Shown: piece by piece, positions 53,800 to 64,000 of the stretch
How positions within the stretch are numbered: the first letter of the stretch is position 1
Layout of the letters: every line of letters begins with the position of its first letter
Source: Tubiluchus corallicola
Taxonomy: Eukaryota > Animalia > Priapulida
DNA: 64,000 nucleotides
Direction: 5' to 3'
Assembly (NCBI GenBank): GCA_030141605.1
Contig: JAQGDQ010000195.1
Location: 1-64,000, forward strand
Program-made: the position numbers and the translations under genes
Notes under the pieces: generated by a model
What the model saw: the letters and a program-made list of their open reading frames with translations, nothing else
The model's database searches: none
What the model was told of the DNA's origin: nothing

Positions 53800-55440
53800 T
53801 ATATGACTGTACTGTTAGTGTAGATGAAATATATGCCATGATACAAACCATGAGCAAAGGTAAATCAGCAGGCTATGATCAAAGATATGCTGAACATTTG
53901 TTATACGCTCCTAGAGTATTATCAATGTACATAGCAATGCTGTTTAATCTTATATACATACACTGTTAGGTGCCAAATGATTTTGGGAAAGGAATAATTA
54001 TACCTGTTGTTAAAGATAACAATGGCGACCTAACAGATTTCAATAATTATCGTGCCACTATCTCAAAATTATTTGAATCTGTTTTACTGGCAAAGTTTGG
54101 TGATTGCTTAGAAAGTGACGAATTACAATTCGGTTTTAAAGTTGAATCAAGTTGCAATCATGCCATACATACCATAAATGAAACGGTAAATTTTTTCACC
54201 GCAAGAAATAATCCTGTATATGTCGCATTTCTAGATGCCTCCAAAGCTTTTGATAGAGTACTGCACGGAGGGTTGTTTATTAAACTGGTAGAAAAACGGG
54301 TTCCCAAGATATTTGCTAACGTATTAATGAATTGGTATAGTAAACTTACGGCCTGTGTCAAATGGGTGTAAGTTTACTAAGATCAGTGTAGTACCCAATT
54401 TTGTATAAAAACAGGTGTCAGACAAGGAGGTGCATTATCACCGATTTTATATGCTGTATATACAGACGACCTTATACGTCAATTGCGTTCAGCTGGTTAT
54501 GGTTGTTACGTGGCAGATAATTTTGTGGGTACTGTCATGTATGCTGATGACATTGCCTTGTTGTCAGGGTCATGTAGACACTTACGTGAAATGCTTAAAA
54601 ACTGTGAAAAATATGGTATAGAATGGAGTATCTCATTTAATCCTAACAAAACACGGCTTCTTTATTTTGGTAAAAGCTTTACTGGAGAGGGTGTAATCTG
54701 TTTTTGCGGTAAACAACTGATCTGGAAACAGACAGTAAAGTATTTGGGTTGCGATATTGTGACAAGTGATAGTTTTTCTATTGATGTTTCAAGGTTAAAA
54801 AGGAAATTCATTGATTCCGTGAATAATATTCTCTCAAGTATGGGCCACAACCGTAATGACATAGTAGCTAAAACTCTGGTCAATACATATTGTCTACTCA
54901 TTTTGTTATACGGATGTGAAATTGGGGGTATATCAAACAATGAAGTTAATGCCATTAGGGTAAAATGGAACACTGCTTATAGAAAAATATTCGATTTTAG
55001 ACAAAATGAAAGCGTCAAATTGTTAATGTATTTTTGTGGCACAATGCCTGCGAATTATTTAATAGAGTGTCGAAAATTAAACTTTGTGAGAAAAATTGTA
55101 AACTCTTGCACATTGAGAATTCCAAAGCTATGCTACTATGTAAATAACAGTCAAGTAAATTTAAGATTTAAATATGGTTGTACTGTAGATCTAAACGAAA
55201 ATGTCAAATTAAAGGTTAAGAACTCATTTAAATCATATGTTTTAAGATATCTATTATAGCTTCTTACAACACTGTATAATGTAATATAATTACAAGGGAA
55301 CTACAATGTCTGGTTATTATAAAGTTGAATGTCTGTAGATATGTTACTTTACTAACATCGCATTACCTGTTTTACTAACATCTTTAACTTTGTAAATTGC
55401 ATATTTTATACGAAATAAACTTATAATAATATTAATGATA
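53800..55440 (+). mobile_element. 5'-truncated LINE with disrupted RT ORF
   Basis: NNYR, LQFGFK, FLDASKAFDRV, GVRQGGALSP, YADDIALL and VKYLG motifs; AATAAA and a TAA-like tail near 55413-55440. Confidence 0.88.
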
Positions 55441-55464
55441 ATATCAGAAATAATACGAAGAGAA

Positions 55465-55650
55465 ACATGCCCAATGTACAGTCAGGCCTTAGCAAGCCGA
55501 ATTGTAATCAGGTGAGCTGAGTCCCTGTGACTCATTGCTGCTGAAGAAGCAGTCAGGAAGCAGAGAGCACAGTGGCATGTAAGGATGCCCTGTGTGGAAA
55601 GGGGTTCAGCTCGGTTTCACCCTATACAGGGGAGCCCAAGAACTCAGAAC
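55465..55650 (+). mobile_element. Leader remnant of an older Ty3/gypsy copy (D) left of the copy C insertion
   Basis: gtcaggccttagcaagccgaattgt...tacaggggagcccaa matches the copy A leader at 44110-44295 (reverse strand). Confidence 0.65.
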
Positions 55651-56934
55651 AGAAACTTGTTTATAGAAATTAAAACAATAATTTAAAGAATTGTGGTGAA
55701 TAAATTTATAAATCGATGATTTTCAATGTTTTGGTATGAAATCTCATGCCTCCCTGATTTTATAAATAAACTTACTAATTGATCAAGAACTCACTCAGCT
55801 GGTATGCTCGCATTTAATGAGCTGTGAAAGCGTAAGATAGGATCCGTGAGAAGAAGTAAGATTTATCGTTTACTTTAAGGACACCAGGATGTTAGGAGTA
55901 ATTAGCTAATATTAGGTTTAGACGGATGTGTCATTTATTATAGCTATATGCACAAGTTACTCGTAATTAACGGAAACTCTGCGAGGTCACTGTTTTTCGG
56001 TGAAAAGAGGACTAATAGTCTTTACGGGTTATGACGACATCAAGGATGGGAAGTTCTAAAGAAACTCACCGATATAAAGAAATCCGATGTCCTCCCTGCT
56101 GACCATAAATCTAGCGATTGAGTGCGACGTAGAAATTGCGCGAGGTTACTTCGTTAAGATATAAGCTCTGAGTTTTAGTAACTCAGCGCTCTTTCAATCC
56201 TACCACAGTGGAAGAGACACGTGAGTGTGCGACACGAGTCACACAGAGGGCAACCTGACACAGGAGATTGGGACAGCTTCGGAAAAGTTCAGCGTAGACA
56301 CTTTCTGCGTTCCTAGGATAATCTAGGCACTGGACAACGAGAGTCTCATATCAACTATTGGAGTTGACCAAGTGTACGGCATACATCATATGATAAATGT
56401 AAAGAACACCTTAGATGATAGAGTTGAGGAATTGTCAAGTGAGATACTTTTGGGAGCTATACACTAGTTGTATGCGTCAAAAGCGCATAAGAACAAATCT
56501 TGTAAGCTACCTAGAAGAAGTAACTATTGTAAAATCAATAAAGTTAATTCGCTTTGACATTTAACGATTGAGTTAATGTATGATATCAGAGTGTTCAAGT
56601 CAAGCAACACTATTTCCGTAATAGAATCTGATTGGTTCGCTTTAAGTTAACTAACGCTCGAATTGCAGGAGCGGTGCTCGACAGCTTGAGGGAAGTAGAC
56701 CTTTTCTCACAACGCAAAGGTCAAGGTGAAGTCTTGATAGACACGATCATTGCTTGATAGACTAATATCTAAAGCCCTCGGAGCCAGGTGAAGAATTTGC
56801 CTTGTAGCAATTAGATAATAAGCGAACATATTAAATTAAAATTCAATCTATACGATATATAGATATAAGTCACCTTACACTATACGATCAAGATAAACGG
56901 AGAACATTAGGTACTAAAAAGGGAAGGTGATAAC

Positions 56935-56953
56935 TGGTGCCGTGATCGCGGAT
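56935..56953 (+). promoter_or_regulatory. Primer binding site, tRNA-His-like (copy C)
   Basis: TGGTGCCGTGA, 2 nt after the LTR end, complements the tRNA-His 3' end. Confidence 0.75.
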
Positions 56954-57263
56954 TTAGTATTTGCAATCCTTTGTAACTTTGTAATTAAGGTTCTGAATTT
57001 TGTAAACTTTGTGAACTTGTTATATACAGTAAGTACGTTATTCTCAGGTAAAACGCAACTGAGAGTGAAAGTAACTAGAGCAAGCCTTGAGGACATTCAC
57101 AAATTGGAGAAAGAAATTACCAAGGCGGATCTGAAGGCTGCACCAGAACGACGTTGAAACCCTCCCCAACTAATTGGTGAGTGGTTTTTGTATTATCTGA
57201 AGGTATTAACAGCCTGTGTTATTGTATTGAAAATATTTTGTGTTGCGCCTAGTTGCGGAAATT

Positions 57264-58500
57264 ATGTCAGACACTCAAGAAATAACTGAAGCTCAACTTG
57301 AGAGCTGGATTAGAACCGGAAGTCTCCCGATCGGTTGGTTAGACGGGCAGAGTCCGGAGATACAGGCCTTGCACGCAGTAGTTCTGCGAAGGATACGAGA
57401 TAGTGAACAGAGCGCTGAAAGCGCTAAAGATGAGACTAAACCAGAAGCACAAGCTTCTGCTCAAACAAGTGGGACTGTACCCACTCTGGTAGAGAGAGCT
57501 AGCTATCTCTCATCTCAGATAGGGACTATTACTGACCAATGGGCTTTATGCAGCGCCTTGGCGGATTTACCTAAATTCACGGGTCAAGAAATAGATTGTA
57601 GCGAAAAGTTTCGCACGTGGATTCAAAGCATTACTCGGAGAGGGTTCTGTATTTCGCCTGATTCCCAGAATGCTGGTGGAGTGTGTGTGAGATTGGCCTA
57701 TATGACTGTAGACGGTGCTTGCGCCCTTTATTTGGACGCTAATCGTGAGGTTTGGTCTACCATGAATTGGAGTCAATTTGTGACGTTCTTAGAGCAGCGG
57801 TATGTAAACCGTGCAGAATTGACAAAACACATGGTAGAATTAAAGAATCTTAGGCAAAAGAAAAATGAGTCCCTACGGCAGTTAGTAGACCGTATCTGGT
57901 ATCATGCTAGATTGGCGTATCGGCCATCAGAAATCGATCAATCATTGGCCCAGCAGTTTTTGACGGACGTATTAATTGAATCATTGCGGAATGATCAGTT
58001 AAGGGCTAAGTTAATTAAGCATAACCCCCTGACCTTAGAGGTGGCGTATGCAAGATGTGGGGAGGATGAAAACAATCATGAGATCACAAGGTTAAAGAGT
58101 CGACATGTGGCGCACCACCTGCGAGTAGAGACGCCCATGGAGGTTGACTATGTAGGCTCTGAGTCAGAGAGCGAGGGGCCCAGTGTGCCAGCTAGTACTT
58201 CCCCGAGTTACTAAAGGACCTGAACAAGGTCCCCCTGAGAATAGGAAAACGGTTCCTGAGCAACCTCCGGTGGGAAGAAATCCTCCGAGAAACGGACCGG
58301 CACCTCGGCAACGGCCGCAGCAAGCCAGATTAGGCCGACAAGGTATGGGAAGGTGGTGGTCCCAGAAACCCAGGAGGCCTACACAAGCAGACTTGTGTTT
58401 CAAATGTCAGCAGCCAGGGCATTTTGCCAGGGAATGCCGTTATACTGGCCCTGCTGTAAGAGGAAGGGTGGTAGGCCCGAGAAGGCCGCAGGAAAACTAA
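57264..58500 (+). pseudogene. gag: gag of copy C, one frameshift near 58180
   Basis: ATG at 57264; collinear with gag B; CFKCQQPGHFAREC; TAA at 58498-58500. Confidence 0.88.
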
Positions 58501-58536
58501 TAGGCTCCCAACGGGTCATCTCCCCCGTCGGGAGCC
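58491..58536 (+). promoter_or_regulatory. Programmed -1 ribosomal frameshift signal (gag/pol)
   Basis: G_GAA_AAC at the gag stop, 5-nt spacer, then stem-loop ggctccc-a-acggg...cccgt-c-gggagcc. The downstream open frame is -1. Confidence 0.72.
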
Positions 58537-58752
58537 CACCTTTTGTAACGGAGACAAGCGGCGTTGTAAATAATAGAATTATGAGTAAAACTAATATATG
58601 TAGTAATTGTAGCAGTAAAACTGAAAATAAAAAATGGCGTGATGCGCGTAGTAAGTGCCAACATAACTTAAGGGTAACGAATATAAACAAAGGGAACTGG
58701 GACGCGATAAGTGCATTCCAACCTAATAGCTCAACAGGCTGGCAGGAGCCGC

Positions 58753-60150
58753 TCAGAGGTGCAATTTTTGGGCTATATAATTAGTAAAGATGGATTAAGG
58801 CCCGACCCCGAACGTGCGAGAGCAGTACAAACAATGGACCGCCCAGTAAATGTGAGAGGGGTGAGAAGTTTTATAGGTAGTTGCAATTATTATCGAGCTA
58901 ATATACCGAGATTTGCAGAGATAGCTCGGCCTTTAAAGGAATTAACAAGGAAAAATATTAAGTTTGTATGGGGGAACGCCCAGGAAAAGGCTTTTAGAGA
59001 GTTGAAAGCGGCGTTATTGAACCCCGTAATGTTAACACACCCAGACACAGAGAGGCCCTACATTTTGTATACAGATGCAAGTTTATATAGTGTGGGAGGT
59101 GTTTTGACTCAAGAGATTGATGGAGTAGAGAGACCAGTAGAGTTTTTCTCTCATCAATTAACACCTACCCAGCAGCGTTGGACTGCCTCGGAGCTCGAAT
59201 TGTACGCGATAATTTACGGTATTCGGAAATTACACCATTATCTGTATGGTAGCCGCTACGTTATATGCACAGACCATAAGAGTCTGCAATATTTGCTTGA
59301 GAGCAAACAGTTAAAAAATCCGAAATTAGAGAGATGGGCCTTGTTACTATCGCAGCAGAATGCGAAGATTGAGTATTGCCCCGGGAATAAGAATCCCGCA
59401 GATCATTACAGTCGACTACCAATGAAATTAATGGAGCCGCAAGCAAAACCGCCATTTACCAAGAGAGACTTGGATGCTAGGTTGCGCCGCCTAGAGAATG
59501 AAAATAATATTCATAAATTAGCCACTATAGGAGATGATAGCTCGCCATCAGAAAGCAGTACATTTAAAGATCCAGCACGCCCAGAGGCCCCTGCTGTGAC
59601 CTTTACTGCGGATGGCAGACCTATTTTATTAGAATATAATGATGAAGATTGGGTTCAGTCTGCCAATTCTTCTGGGATATTATTCCCAAAGAAGAAAGTG
59701 CAATTGCGTGAAGAAGCATTGCTAAAACGTAATAAGGTTAATGAAGGTACTGAGACTGGCCGACAGCCAGGTCCGGAAGTGACCCGATCGGAGGTCACTG
59801 AATTAACGACGGATAGTAAGGTGAAGGAAGCGTTGATTGATAAGAAGCGATTTGCTTTATTACAGGGTCAGGATGCAATGCTCTCCTACTTAATACACGT
59901 CATCACTAGTCCTAAACAGTCGCAAGAGGCATATAGATTAATGGAGGACTATGCTATTAATGATGATGGATTACTATGCCGTATAAATAAGAGATACGGG
60001 GAGAATGAAGGGAGTTATTATTTGATAGTCGTCCCCACAGTGCTAGTAGAAGAAGTTATTCGGGAAATACATAGTTCTTATGCCGGAGGACATTTTGCAT
60101 TGGCCAAAATGGTCAATAAAATTCTTATAAAATTTTGGTGGTCCACCATC
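58753..60150 (+). pseudogene. pol: pol remnant of copy C: RT thumb, RNase H and start of the integrase Zn finger
   Basis: EVQFLGYIISKDG, VRSFIGSCNYYR, LYTDAS, ELELYAI, TDHKSL, NPADHYSR and IHSSYAGGHF. Protease, the RT YxDD motif and the integrase DDE core are absent. Confidence 0.9.
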
Positions 60151-60775
60151 CGGCAGGGACTCCTGAGGAACAGGAACCAAGGGTTAAGGTTAAGAGGACT
60201 AGACAGCATGTAGAGGACCCTGTGGAGTTTGAGTTGAGGGAAATACCTCAACCCGCTGCCCGAAAAACTAACCCGGAAAGGATCGAGATGGCCTAACATT
60301 TATAATTGAGAATGGACATAATACTAAAATTGTAGGATTAGTATATAAATAACAGGCTGGTGATATTGGATGATCGTAGAGGAACCACCCAATTAGGTAT
60401 AGAGGGATCTATGTAAATAACTGTATAAGAAATGATATTTGATGAAACCCATGATACTGCGGAATGTATTTTATGTTACAGAATGATGGGACCATTGGAG
60501 ATGGAAGGCGGGAAGAAGATGAAGTCGGTAAAGACAATAAGGGGTGTATCTGAGGAAGAATCTCAAGAGATTAATGGAATCAAAACCCCGGTCCAGGAAG
60601 CCGAAGAGACTCGATGGACAATGGTATCCCGCCACCATGACCTCCAAGATGGAACGTCCCATAGTATATTAAGATGTAACATGTAATATTGCTAATATAA
60701 CTAATTAAGGAGCTTCCAAAAGATGAGACCTTAGAATGGATCATTAAATACGTGCTACATCTGGAGTGAGTGTTA

Positions 60776-60787
60776 GGGGAGGAAAGT
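60776..60787 (+). promoter_or_regulatory. Polypurine tract before the 3' LTR
   Basis: aggggaggaaag(t) abuts TGtggtg. Confidence 0.8.
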
Positions 60788-62649
60788 TGTGGTGAATAAA
60801 TTTATAAATCGATGATTTTCAATGTTTTGGTATGAAATCTCATGCCTCCCTGATTTTATAAATAAACTTACTAATTGATCAAGAACTCACTCAGCTGGTA
60901 CGCTCGCATTTACTGAGCTGTGAAAGCATAAGATAGGATCCGTGAGAAGAAGTAAGATTTATCGTTTACTTTAAGGACACCAGGATGCTAGGAGTAATTA
61001 GCTAATATTAGGTTTAGACGGATGTGTCATTTATTATAGCTATATGCACAAGTTACTCTTAATTAACGGAAACTCTGCGAGGTCACTGTTTTTCGATGAA
61101 AAGAGGACTAATAGTCTTTATGGGTTATGGCGACATCAAGGATGGGAAGTTCTAAAGAAACTCACCGATATAAAGAAATCCGATGTCCTCCCTGCTGACC
61201 ATAAATCTAGCGATTGCGTGCGACGTAGAAATTACGCGAGGTTACTTCGTTAAGATATAAGCTCTGAGTTTTAGTAACTCAGCGCTCTTACAATCCTACC
61301 ACAGTGGAAGAGACACGTGAGTGTGCGACACGAGTCACACAGAGGGCAACCTGACACAGGAGATTGGGACAGCTTCGGAAAAGTTCAGCATAGACACTTT
61401 CTGCGTTCCTAGGATAATCTAGGCACTGGACAACGAGAGTCTCATATCAACTATTGGAGTTGACCAAGTGTACGGGGTACATTGTGGTCAATCCGCAGAG
61501 TTAAGTAATCTTAACACATTTGTAAACTGAGAGTAACTGTGCATAACTGTAGTTCGCATAAGTTCACATTGTATCATATGATAAATGTAAAGAACACCTT
61601 AGGTGATAGAGTTGAGGAATTGTCAAGTGAGATACTTTTGGGAGCTATACACTAGTTGTACGCGTCAAAAGCGCATAAGAACAAATCTTGTAAGAAGTAT
61701 TTAATTGTAAAATCAATAAAGTTAATTCGCTTTGACATTTAACGATTGAGTTAATGTATGATATCAGAGTGTTCAAGTCAAGCAACACTATTTCCGTAAT
61801 ACGAATCTGATTGGTTCGCTTTAAGTTAACTAACGCTCGAATTGCGGGAGCGGTGCTCGACAGCTTGAGGGAAGTAGACCTTTTCTCACAACGCAAAGGT
61901 CAAGGTGAAGTCTTGATAGACATGATAATTGCTTGATAGACTAATATCTAAAGCCCTCGGAGCCAGGTGAAGAATTCGCCTTGTAGCAATTAGATAATAA
62001 GCGAACATATTAAATTAAAATTCAATCTATACGATATATAGATATAAGTCACCTTACACTATACGATCAAGATAAACGGAGAACATCAGGTACTAAAAAG
62101 GGAAGGTGATAGAATTAAGGAGAAGAAAAATCAATGCGGATGGTAGGAACTCGACCCATAATTAGCAAAAATACTACCAGGTGTAGCGCTCACCCACCAA
62201 TGGTGCCCAAAGGTGAACAAGAGACATACTTTGCCTTATACTGAAGGCAAAAGGTCTTGAGCATTTACGCCGGAAGTATGTGAAGAGCCCGTGCGGAGAA
62301 CGGAAAGTGTTGTTCGGAAATTAAAGGAGTAGAGCGTGCGATTTCGATGCATAGTGGCCAAACACAAATATTTTAGGAAAATGATTGTAACTCGCACTGT
62401 ACGCTCGCGAATTAGTGTAGTTTAGAACTCTTGACATGTCCGGGCTACTATTAGACCGTGGACTAAATTCGCATAAGCACAATGAAATTAAGGACAGTTG
62501 TAAGTAAATAAATACTTGCTGTTTGGGAAAAGGAGGTTAGGGCCACTATAAGGGGAGGAAAGTACCCTAACATCAGGAACCGGATAAAAGCTACAGTGTA
62601 AGTCCAGATTTCTGCAAGACTGTGATATTTTGGCCTTGTTTTTCAGAAC

Positions 62650-63180
62650 ATGGATACCAATATTGTGCTGTGGATCATAGGAAGTCTCACGTCGGCACTT
62701 TGCCAGGCCAATGTAGTGACCAATCCCGGAGCTTTATTCTTACGACGAGGTGAAGTCCAAGTGTCTCAATCTCGATGGGCCCTGCTGATGCAGTTGAATA
62801 TCAGTCGAGCTTTGCTTGGAAACCTTGAAACAGGAGATGATTAATCCGAGGCAACATTCCTGGGACCCTGCAGCCCGTGTCGACAAACCCCACACTACGA
62901 TGTACCAAGAGGATAGGTTCTTGGAAGCCATCACGGTGTTACTAAACACCACGGCTTCAACATATCTGGCTCAGATACAAGCGCTGGAGTGGAAGACTAA
63001 TGACATTAGCACACCTCCTGGCCTCTAAGAGAGCAGGAATTCGTCAACAATCCTCAGCCCAAGGTGAGCCGAAACCGCAAAGCCTACTCCCTTTCCTAGG
63101 GAAAATTTCTAAAGTCCTAGCCGGTACGGCTACTGAGGAAGATATAGAAGCACTAGCAGGGAAACTCAACCTGATACAGA
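62650..63180 (+). pseudogene. env: env remnant of copy D (frameshifts; furin site deleted)
   Basis: MDTNIVLWIIGSL...GEVQVSQSRWALLMQLNIS, QEDRFLEAITVL and SLLPFLGKISKVLAGTATEED are all collinear with env B. Confidence 0.82.
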
Positions 63181-63269
63181 TTGAAGGAATACGTGAGTGC
63201 TTACTCATAAAGACGCTGTCCCCTGCACGAATCTATACATAAAATTATTCACATTGAGACGACTTATTG

Positions 63270-63436
63270 CAGAAGGATTTATAACACAACGCATATTTCA
63301 TGGTTCAAGGTTGTGCGGGAAGATATCATTGCCCTATCGACCCAACCGAAGCTCCCGTAGTCAGGTGGTTAATTAATTGCAATTAATTGCCTCAAAGCGA
63401 GTATACTTTATATAGTTATAGAAGGGTTACAGTAAC
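63270..63436 (+). mobile_element. Probable U5-side LTR remnant closing copy D
   Basis: cacaacgc...gggaagatatcat.gccctat.gac...aagctc...cagg resembles LTR B at about 46845-46925; ends ...gtaaca. Confidence 0.4.
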
Positions 63437-64000
63437 ATCCCTGGAGTGAGTTTCACAAGGATATGACCCTTTTTCATGGATAGGATTCAATGTAGGAGAG
63501 AAAAGCATAGGAGCCATTGGCAAGCCTGTGGCTTCCTCTAGAATGGAGATGCAAGGGCTCAGTACAAACTGACAACCATTCATTGGTACAAGGTATCCGG
63601 ATTGTAGAAAAGGAATTATTTACCAGCCTTCTGATAAAATCGGCTGCTCAATTTGTGGCCGGCAGCTACAATTCAGAGCGCTGGTATGAGTGGAAATTCA
63701 CTGTATTACACGGGAAGTCGATTATAGATGGGGTAAGTTGATACTTTTCTTAATATTTTCTACTAGAACACAAATGATTAACTTTTCGAGAATCAAAGGA
63801 ATCTGTTTATCGTTGCACTTTTCATTATTTAAGATTGGAATTAGGTTTAAATATCTAACAGCCAAATATTATGTAGGGAATGGGCTGTTTGTAAAATTAT
63901 GCAAAATGTTTTGCAGGAGGAAATTATACTCGTACAAGTCTTTTCTATTATGGCATTGCCGGGCGTGGTTCGCCTTCTAGAAAGAATATCACCCGGGAAT

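Larger units (their letters stand above)
55692..62111 (+). mobile_element. Ty3/gypsy copy C: two-LTR, internally deleted, non-autonomous element with 4-bp TSD
   Basis: LTRs at 55692-56932 and 60788-62111 are near-identical apart from a ~100-bp gap in the 5' LTR. GAAT lies on both sides (55688-55691, 62112-62115). PBS at 56935, PPT at about 60776-60786. Confidence 0.93.

Overview
AT-rich animal genomic DNA with spliceosomal introns, probably a marine invertebrate (lophotrochozoan is an inference from the neuropeptide). The left 36 kb holds host genes: the last exon of an RL/RI-amide neuropeptide precursor, an intronless GT92 glycosyltransferase, two tandem 4-exon SLC16/MCT transporters and an intronless class A GPCR. 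These sit among LINE fragments, TTAA-site DNA elements, a Penelope-like remnant with hammerhead motifs and satellites. The right 25 kb is a nest of related Ty3/gypsy LTR elements with a tRNA-His PBS, 4-bp TSDs, a -1 frameshift signal and, in two copies, an F-type env. The most striking observation is missed by the ORF track. About 450 bp after one env breaks off there is an intronless ~270-codon nuclear receptor reading frame (51840-52652; both C4 zinc fingers plus an NR1-like ligand-binding domain, unusual P-box CSACRY, three in-frame stops). It may be nuclear receptor cargo of an enveloped retroelement, but no matching 3' LTR is visible, so that link is unproven. All calls are by eye; no database searches were run.
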